From Octopus sinensis (taxonomy: Eukaryota): a stretch of 33,304 bases of DNA. This document shows positions 23,716-33,304 of the stretch, one piece after another (the first letter of the stretch is position 1; each line of letters starts with the position of its first letter). The position numbers and the translations under genes are program-made. Below the pieces are notes generated by a model. The model searched no databases. It was not told the origin of the DNA and saw nothing but the letters and a program-made list of their open reading frames with translations. The stretch lies in the NCBI RefSeq assembly GCF_006345805.1, contig NW_021832092.1, forward strand, positions 1-33,304. The letters are read 5' to 3'.

Positions 23716-24219
23716 GTGTAGTGAATCTTACATTCATTAAGGTTTTGAGGATGTTGAAATCGTGTTGGAATTTTGGTATTTTGATGATGTTGATTTTTAT
23801 GCTGGCGATAGTGGCGCGGGGAGTTGGTAGTGATAATAGTGTTGGTATGAGTGGTTATATTGATGATATTGTACACGATGTGTGGTATATTAGCGTTCAG
23901 GATAGGGGTGTTCGTAATAGTGAGAGGAACGGTTAAAGTAACGGAAATAATGGGAGGTTATGGTGGCTTTGAAAGAATGGCAAGAGAGGAAAGAATGGCT
24001 AAGAGAAATAGACTGACATAAAGACAAACAAGCAGAAAGGTGGAAAATAGCTTAAGGAGAACGAAAAGCTGACAGCAATTAATGCGGGTGATAAAAGAAT
24101 GAAAGAAAAGAAAGAAGCGTGTGAACGACCGAATGAAACAAAATAAAATAAAATGGAGGGAAATATACAAAAAATGTAGAAATCGAAAGAGAAAATAGCA
24201 GCCGATACTGGTGGGGAAA

Positions 24220-24229
24220 TGAACACACA

Positions 24230-24306
<77 letters not shown>

Positions 24307-25414
24307 TGCACGCACGTACGCACACATGTATATCATTATTTATTAAAAATAATAAAGAATGAGTGACTGAAGGAATGAAGAAAAGAAAGAAAGCTACAGT
24401 GGCTGTGGAAGGCAGACGACAAGCGATGCGGGTGGTAAAAGAAAACGAAAATAACATTAAAAAATGGGAGAAAAAAATGGAGAGAAAATGGTTGAAAGAA
24501 AAACGAAGAGTATATGCGACAGGCATGGCAAGTGATGAAAAAGAAAATATGACCGGAGGATGATAGATGAAGGATGAGATGGATTGGGACCTCGCTAAGA
24601 TGTTTTTGGGAAGTCGTGTAAATGTGAAAATTAAATGTCAACGAAATTTGATATGGTCACTGCTGTCAGGAAAGGATCTAATGCAGAAAGCGGAGTGTAC
24701 GTACTTTTACACACACACTCATGCACATATGCACGTGCATATATATGCATACATACACATAGAGATTTACAAATAAATAGTCTACAGAATTACAAACAAA
24801 CAAACCGAGAGATAGATAGATAGATAGACAGACAGATTGATAGATAGATAGATAGATAAGACAAACAGATAGATGAATTGATAGATGAACGCAGATAACA
24901 TGGAGAGATATCTATGCACATAAATGCACAACCATCCATTTATGTGAGTGATAGTATTAAATGTGTGTATGTGTGTGTGTGTCCTTGAGTATCCGGGTTA
25001 TATATATATATATATATTTTTAATATATATATGTGTATATATATATATATGTATATGTATATATATATATATGTATATATATATGTGTGTATATATATAT
25101 ATATGTATGTATATATATACTATATATATATTTATATGTATATACATACAAACATATATATATGTGTATGTATGTAAGTATATATATATATATATATATT
25201 TCTTTATCTATTTCCATCTGTCTATGAAGATAGAGGAATGCGGGTAGCTATGTACATAAATACATATATACGTACATACAAACATGCATATATACATACA
25301 TGCATACACACATAAATACATACATGGATGCATGCAAGCATATCTATATGCTTATCTTTTCATGTCTCTGACATTAAGCTTATAGAGTGTATTACTCTGT
25401 TGACATATCTGTAA

Positions 25415-25478
<64 letters not shown>

Positions 25479-25500
25479 CGAGAGCGAGAGTGAGAGAGAG
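24220..25500. repeat. Microsatellite/low-complexity region: (CA)n, GA-rich, (GATA)n, (TA)n, (TG)n(GA)n
   Basis: Visible tandem runs interspersed with purine-rich low-complexity sequence. Confidence 0.8.
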
Positions 25501-25793
25501 AGAAAATGAGAAAGAAAAAAAGAGAGTATGTGTGAAAATTGAACTGGATTATCAATCCCATAACGTGATTTCAGGCAGCTCAAAGGGATCTATGAGTGCG
25601 CTCTCTGAAATCTGCAATGGGAATGAGACAAATCGCAATAGCATACATAATAAGATGGCTGCTTCTGCCACAACTCACGTGACCTGGTATCAGGTGCAAG
25701 GTGGTGGTTCGGGGGCTTCATTCTGAGGTGGTTTCAAGATATCTAAATTGAACCAAAATTATAAAAAAATGAAATGACAATTTTGTGGTAGAG

Positions 25794-25867
<74 letters not shown>

Positions 25868-26142
25868 GCTATCTGTCAGTCTCTCTGTCTATCTATCTCG
25901 ATAGATATATGTGTGCCTGTGTGTGTGAGTGTGTGTATGTGCATGAGTGTAAATACATATACATACGTATGTATATGTCGATATGTATACATACATATAT
26001 ACACATGCACATATTCGTTGATCTACTCATTCATTCATCCATCATTCCAAATACATACGCACTTTTCAACATTGTATGCGTATTTGCATGAATATATATA
26101 TATATTCTTTTATATGTTTCAGTCCATATATATATATATATA

Positions 26143-26625
<483 letters not shown>

Positions 26626-26640
26626 TGTGTGTGTGTATAG

Positions 26641-26780
26641 TGGTTGACGTTAGGAAGGGCATCCAGCCGTAGAAACTCTGCCAGATCAGATTGGAGTCTG
26701 GTTCGCCAGACCTCAGTGAAATCATCCAACACATGCTAGCATGGAAAGCGGACGTTAACTGATGATGATGATGATGATGA
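26641..26780 (+). mobile_element. RTE-like retroposon/SINE 3' tail ending in (GAT)n
   Basis: gacgttaggaagggcatccagccgtagaaac...catgctagcatggaaagcggacgttaac(tga)n. Homologous to the minus copy at 31284. Confidence 0.75.
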
Positions 26781-27341
26781 TATATATGAATGTATACTTT
26801 CTCTCCCCCTTTTTATTTATCTTACGTGTGTATTTACTTATTTATTCATTTCACTTACTTTATCATATTGTTTACATATTTTATTTATCCTTTTTATGGT
26901 TGTCCAACTTAATTTTTCCTTCATTCCTTTCATTCTCTTTTCTTTTTTCTCCTTTTCTCACTCTCTTTATTATGTCTTTTCTGTCTGTTTTTTTCTCTCT
27001 CCCTTATTCTTGTTTCTTAGTCCCTCTTTATCTTTCTCTACTAATTTCTTTCTACTTCACTTTCGAAATACCTATAATACGCTTCGCCATCTATGGAACT
27101 CTAGATATTAGCTCTCTGTAACATAATGCAATAAAGTCTTCCTTGGTAATCCGTTGCGGCTAAGCATCCAATGCAGAATTCCGAATACACACACACACAC
27201 ACGCGCGCGCTCATACAGACCAAATCATACAAACGCGCCCACGTAATTACATATATACCTGTATCAATTTACGCATGAATGTATATATTTACAACAATGC
27301 GTGTATGTAAACGTATAAAAATATTTGCGTATGTATGTACG

Positions 27342-27404
<63 letters not shown>

Positions 27405-27461
27405 TACGTATGTACATGTGTGTGTGTGTGTTATGTATGCATATGTAAGTGTATGCCTGTG

Positions 27462-27503
<42 letters not shown>

Positions 27504-27816
27504 TGTGTGTGTGTTTGTGTGTGTTGTTTGAATAAGTAACTGATATTTTATCGGCAAATAGAATATTTACGGTGATATTTTGGTGAAAATCCCAGGTTCA
27601 TAGCTTTGTTGCTGTTCAGAGAGACCTGTCTGATATGTAAACTTCGTTCGTTCGTTTGCTTTCGTGAATAAACATTTGTAAACAGGCTGCCTTGGGAAAT
27701 TAGTGTCGTTAACGATTTCTTTTTTTCTTCTGTTATTGAATGAACTATTGTTGAAATTTTCCTCTATCCTTCTGCCCGAAACATCGATTAAGACGTTATT
27801 CAATGTTTACCTTTTC

Positions 27817-27855
<39 letters not shown>

Positions 27856-28071
27856 TTTAAGCGTTGGAAGTCAGATATTGACGGCAAATTTATAACGTCG
27901 CTTGCTCAGCTACGTTATTTTACCAGAATGGTTATGAGGTAGATAGAACTACTTGAACGTCAGAGCGAAGTGCTATAAAGGAAAACCTCCTAAAAATCCG
28001 ACAAAAAGCTTTCTACAATCCAGAATTTCACGAAATTCAGGCTTAGATGTTTTCGGCATATTTTAAACGGT

Positions 28072-28472
28072 ATTCTTTTCTACTTTAGGCACAAGGGCCG
28101 AGATTTTGGAGAAGGAGGGGCAGTCGATTAGATTGACTCCAGTACGCAACTGATACTTAACTTATGGACCCCGAAAGGATGAAAGGCAAAGTCGACCTCG
28201 GCGAAATTTGAACTTAGAATGTAAAGACAGATGAAATACCTATTTCTTTACTACCCACAAGGGGCTAAACACAGAGAGGGCAAACAAGGACAGACAAACG
28301 GATTAAGTCGATTATATCGACCCCAGTGCGTAACTGGTACTTATTTAATCGACCCCGAAAGGATGAAAGGCAAAGTCGACCTCGGCGGAATTTGAACTCA
28401 GAACGTAGCGGCAGATGAAATGCCGCTAAGCATTTCGCCCGGCGTTCTAATGCTTCTGCCAGCTCGCCGCCT
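28072..28472 (-). mobile_element. SINE family B, full-length dimer-type copy
   Basis: Minus head aggcggcgagctggcagaa; two internal copies of the B-box module (gaaaggatgaaaggcaaagtcgacctcggc at about 28172 and 28357); tail aggcacaagg...ttttcta. Confidence 0.9.
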
Positions 28473-28539
28473 CGTATATTAAACGATATGAATAATTTTT
28501 GCGTCGATAGTGAGTAAAAAGAATTGTTTAGTCGAAGTC

Positions 28540-28609
28540 TGTCTGTCTGTCTATCTGTCTGTCTCTCTCTGTGTCTCTCTCTGTGTCTCTCTCTGTCTCT
28601 CTGTCTCTC

Positions 28610-28650
<41 letters not shown>

Positions 28651-28750
28651 TATATATATATATATACACATACATAAATATATATATGTACGTACATACA
28701 TACATGTCTATGTATATATATACATTTATATACATACATACATACATACA

Positions 28751-28783
<33 letters not shown>

Positions 28784-28785
28784 CA
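28540..28785. repeat. (TCTG)n/(TC)n/(TA)n/(TACA)n compound microsatellite
   Basis: Visible tandem runs. Confidence 0.9.
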
Positions 28786-29149
28786 CTGCGATGGATTTGT
28801 TAAGCAGCGTCGATTTTTACAATTCTGTAAATGATAATAATAGTATTTTATAAGCTTAAAGCTTATAAGCGATCACCGCGCAATGACTAAAGAAAATAGT
28901 CTAATAACAGAAAAGAGTAGGTTTTCCCGAACACACACCAAATGTGCTACCGTTACAACATCACACAAACCTGCTTCTTTCTGTCAGATTTAAGTGTTAA
29001 AAAAACACACATGATCTATATAAGCATAAACAAAGGGAACAAATAGAAAACACACAGAATGTCACAAAATCCTCGTCAGCCATCGTACAAAGGATCGCAC
29101 CAATTATATATATATATATATATAACGCGCGCGTGCGTATTAATGCCCT

Positions 29150-29500
29150 TCCCTTTATTTTTTAAAACACTGTCTAGACTTAAAGACCCGGTTTCTTACG
29201 AAATAACAGTAGCACGATCATTGGAGCTAGGAGAACAACAATGATAAATGCTACATATTGAACTTTAAGAAAGTTTTGTATATTTTTTTGTTCCTTTACA
29301 AATAGTAGCTGTAACATTCATGTTAGCTGGTCTGTTTCTTTGACTGAAAGACCTAGCTTCTCGAATTTGGGACATAAGCATTTCCTAACATAACTAAGTG
29401 CTCCCTTGATTATTGTTACGAATGCAAAGCTATAATCAGGGTAGACGAGTTGCAGGCTTCGAAGCAGTCTCCAAAGATATTCTCTTTGACATATATGAAT
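29150..29500 (-). mobile_element. RLE-type non-LTR retrotransposon, extreme 3' fragment
   Basis: The minus strand gives YLWRLLRSLQLVYPDYSFAFVTIIKGALSYVRKCL...KLGLSVKE...KTFLKF, similar to the (V/I)..IGALG C-terminus of RLE LINEs. It is a different family from the 20061 element. Confidence 0.6.
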
Positions 29501-29579
29501 TTGTGGCAATACGTCTATGCACATATATCTATATCTAAGTCTATATCAATGTGTGTATGAAATTTTGGAACATTTGAGC

Positions 29580-29692
29580 AATTTCGGTGGAAGGGTAAAT
29601 TGATTACGTCGACTTCAATGCTCATCTGGTACTTATTTGATTCCGAAAGGGTGAAATGTAAAGTCGGTCCCGACGGAATTTGAACTTTAGAA
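29580..29692 (-). mobile_element. SINE family B degraded fragment
   Basis: gattacgtcgactt...ctggtacttatt...gaaagggtgaaatgtaaagtcggtcccgacggaatttgaactttagaa. Confidence 0.65.
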
Positions 29693-29719
29693 TAATATAA
29701 TACAATATGTAAGATTAAA

Positions 29720-30216
29720 ATTGTCAAAAGCAACAAACAACCTACGTCATTAAAGAAACTGCTAACTAATGCAAAATTATTTCCCTCCAAAACAAACCCC
29801 CAAAGTAAATAAAATGTAATCGCCCCAACCGTGGTACATGCCCCAACCTTTTGGAAGGGTCAGAATACTATTTTAAACAAGGGCAACACTTTACAATTAA
29901 ATAAAATTTCATTTGTGTATCCGAAAAGCTGATCTACGTAATCAGATGCTCGGGCTGCCAGAAAGATTATATCGGTAGCACGGGGACTTCTATCCGTCAA
30001 CGTTGTACGGTGCATCGTCAACAGATAACCTCACCACAATACCGCCAAATTTATCTCAGTGAACATGTCAAAGTATGTACGAAACAAATACAACCTAAAT
30101 TCACTATTTTCTCTCTATATAAATTTGCTGACTGGACTTCTACACAAACCCGACTCAATTAAGAGACATATTTCATCCAAAAATACAAACCTGAACGTAA
30201 CACCAATTCATTTTAA
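29720..30216 (+). pseudogene. Penelope-like element 3 (Neptune-type), Zn-finger linker plus GIY-YIG fragment
   Basis: Translation: IVKSNKQPTSLKKLLTNAK (frameshift) KCNRPNRGTCPNL...LIYVIRCSGCQKDYIGSTGTSIRQRCTVHRQQI...ETYFIQKYKPERN*. IY starts at 29932, YIG is at 29968-29976, and there are internal stops. Confidence 0.85.
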
Positions 30217-30465
30217 TTGTATTGCTAATTGTCCCTTAATTACTTGACTCTTGGACACCTATTCATATTCAAACCTGAGTCATGAGAGCTCCGACATTAC
30301 TCTTATGAAGAAAGTATTCATATCTTGGCAGTTGCTTTGTCGTTCATTTTCTATTGGACTGATTTATTTTATTCAATTATGGAATTTCAACATATGCAAA
30401 GAAGTTATATATGTATGCCAACAATAATTTTTAGGTATAAATTACTGTTCATACTTATATGAGTG

Positions 30466-30532
<67 letters not shown>

Positions 30533-30982
30533 TACAAGAGAGAAAATGAGGTGTTAGAGCATAATATACATGCATATACACTCATTCACACATTACTGCA
30601 TAATCTTTAAAACCTAGGACGGTATTATAATTAACTGTGTATAAAATGAAATGACCCCTGTAACTGTATACTTGCCAAAAACACTGAAAAGTCCCATGAA
30701 AAAATAAGAGTTACTCCTCTTGACATATTGCTTCATCTCCTCTTCACTTTTTTTCAAAGATGGCGTCCTATTGACAGCAAAAAAGTTTTCTCTATATAAG
30801 TTGACAATCGTTTCATCGTGAAACCGGTACTTATTAATTTGTAATGATGTAATGATGTAATATGATATTAATATCACTATAAACTTTATTATACAAATTT
30901 TCTGTGACTTTTACATCTCATTGTTTCTTATATACTTATCCCACGTGTATACAGAACTTCCATTCTTCACAATATATATATA

Positions 30983-31022
<40 letters not shown>

Positions 31023-31035
31023 TAGATAGATAGAC

Positions 31036-31113
<78 letters not shown>

Positions 31114-31223
31114 GAGATAGATTATAAGAAAATGACTCTCTCCAGATACAACAGAATATGCTTCAACATACGGATTCATAGAAGGAATCTTGCAAACCAA
31201 ATCCCAAAACGAATATGTATATA

Positions 31224-31265
<42 letters not shown>

Positions 31266-31283
31266 TATATTATATATATATAT

Positions 31284-31457
31284 ATCATCCTCATTATCAT
31301 CGTTTAACATGTTTTCCATTCTGGCAGGGGTTGGACGGTTTGACAGGAGCTGGCCTGCTCCAGTTAGTTGATATGGTATGGTTATTATGCCTGGATGCCC
31401 TTCCTAACGACAACCATTTTACAGAGTGTGCTGGGTGGATTTTACCTACTACTGGCA
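31284..31457 (-). mobile_element. RTE-like retroposon/SINE 3' tail
   Basis: atcatcgtttaacatg...ggttggacggttt...ctggatgcccttcctaacgacaacc is the reverse complement of the 26641 tail. Confidence 0.75.
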
Positions 31458-31530
31458 CATACGCACATATATACATACCCATGCATACATATATGCATAC
31501 ATACATACATACATACATACATACATACAT

Positions 31531-31561
<31 letters not shown>

Positions 31562-32062
31562 TATGTATATATAAACACACATACAAACATATGCATACGA
31601 TATTTTTTTTTCTTTCGCTGTTTTTAGTATGTCTCTTTACTACTTAATCCTCTCAAGAAAAATTTTTAATTTTATCAAACTAAAGTATTATAATTTTAAA
31701 TGTACTTACAAAAGACTTTTTTCTTAAATTCAATCGTGTTTTATGTATTACTTCGACATTTGTCTATTTATGTATATTTATGTATTTTGGAATTTTTATT
31801 TCAATTTTATAAAAAAATAAATATTACGGAGATGTACTTGCATAGCGAGTGAATAATTTCGCACATATACATGATTTACACACCTAGAGAAAGAAAGCAT
31901 TTATGTAGGAGTGTGTGTGCATGCGCACGCATACATTTTATAGTTTATCTCTACGTGTAGAGGTATTCCCTATTCCTAAGTATGAAATATTATTTATATG
32001 CTAATCAGAGAGTAAAAAGCAAGGTAGACAAAGAGCCTATTATCTGTTAGGTACACATATAG

Positions 32063-32323
32063 GTATGTATGTATGTATGTATGTATGTATGTATGTATGT
32101 ATGTATGTATGTATGTATGTATGTATGCATGTATGTATGCATGTATGTAGTATGTATGTATGTATGTATGTATGTATGCATGTATGTGTAGTATGTATGT
32201 ATGTATGTATGTATGTATGTATGTATGTATGTATGCATGTATGTAGTATGTATGTATGTATGTATGTATGTATGTATGTATGTATGTATGTATGTATGCA
32301 TGTATGTATGTAGATAGATATAC

Positions 32324-32358
<35 letters not shown>

Positions 32359-32655
32359 CAGATTACTACGTACTCTGTTAAGTAGATAGATACATATCCA
32401 CATGCAATTAAACTTGCACACTTACGTACGTGCTTAGATGCATATATCCATGAGTGATTGTAGATATACTGCCACATCGATCAATAGATAGGAAGACACA
32501 CAGACACCTAAACACATAAATGTTTGTATGTATGCATCTGTATGCACACACGTATATAGGTGGAGGCAGAGAGAGCGGTGGAGAAAGAATGAGAGAAACA
32601 CAGCAAGACAGCCAGCTAACCGGACAGACAGATAGGCAGGCAGACAGATAGATAA

Positions 32656-32738
<83 letters not shown>

Positions 32739-32933
32739 CTAGATAGATAGATACAGATACATACATACATACATACATACATACATACATACATACATAC
32801 ATACATACATGCATAGGACGGCACACAGTTAGACAGAGAGATAGATCGCCAGATAGACAGACAGACAGATAGATAGACAGTAAGGCAGACAGACAGAAGA
32901 CAGACAGACAGATAGATAGACGGACACACAGAC

Positions 32934-33008
<75 letters not shown>

Positions 33009-33048
33009 TAGATAGACAGTAAGGCAGACAGACAGAAGACAGACAGAC

Positions 33049-33079
<31 letters not shown>

Positions 33080-33110
33080 GAGATAGATAGATAGATAGAT
33101 AGATAGATTA
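32063..33110. repeat. Long (TATG)n, (GATA)n, (TACA)n, (GACA)n compound arrays
   Basis: Visible tandem runs, including a 139-bp-offset duplication (taaggcagacagacagaagac at 32881 and 33020). Confidence 0.95.
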
Positions 33111-33304
33111 ACCTATTGATTGCCGGATTAATAAACAAACAGTGGACAGATCGATACAAGCACCTTATATTTCACTGAGATACCTCCGTTGCTATTTACA
33201 TAACTGTGATAAACAGCTTCTGTTCTACAACATGTAATTCACGGCGTTTCCCTTCATGTCCCGCCTTTTCCTTCATTCTTTACCTCTTTTACCTCGGTCA
33301 CTTT

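Noticed and set aside
27858-27945. Possible 77-bp exon (ag|cgttgg...tatgag|gtagat)
   Set aside because: Weak splice signals and no recognisable homology.
30270-30350. Hammerhead in the PLE 3 terminal repeat
   Set aside because: Only tatgaaga remains; neither the CUGA nor the GAAAC core can be identified.
32866-33060. 139-bp-offset duplication inside the (GATA/GACA)n array
   Set aside because: Ordinary slippage or unequal crossover inside a microsatellite.

Overview
Eukaryotic, AT-rich, microsatellite-saturated non-coding DNA. The repeat families resemble those of a coleoid cephalopod (Octopus-like; inferred, not verified). No intact host gene is supportable, and nearly all ORFs in the track are translated microsatellites. 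The window is a retroelement graveyard. It holds three different Penelope-like (GIY-YIG) elements, an R4/Dong-like RLE LINE sitting in (TAA)n, an L1/Tx1 3' fragment, a second RLE LINE tail and a probable APE-LINE remnant. It also holds many tRNA-derived SINE copies and a hAT MITE with a nested TA-type MITE. The standout is at 9942-11148: a young non-coding 545-bp unit present as two circularly permuted ~1.1-mers joined back to back. Each arm carries an intact-core type I hammerhead ribozyme, giving a retrozyme-like structure. Two further degenerate minimal hammerheads lie in the terminal repeats of the Penelope elements at 5.9 and 6.8 kb.
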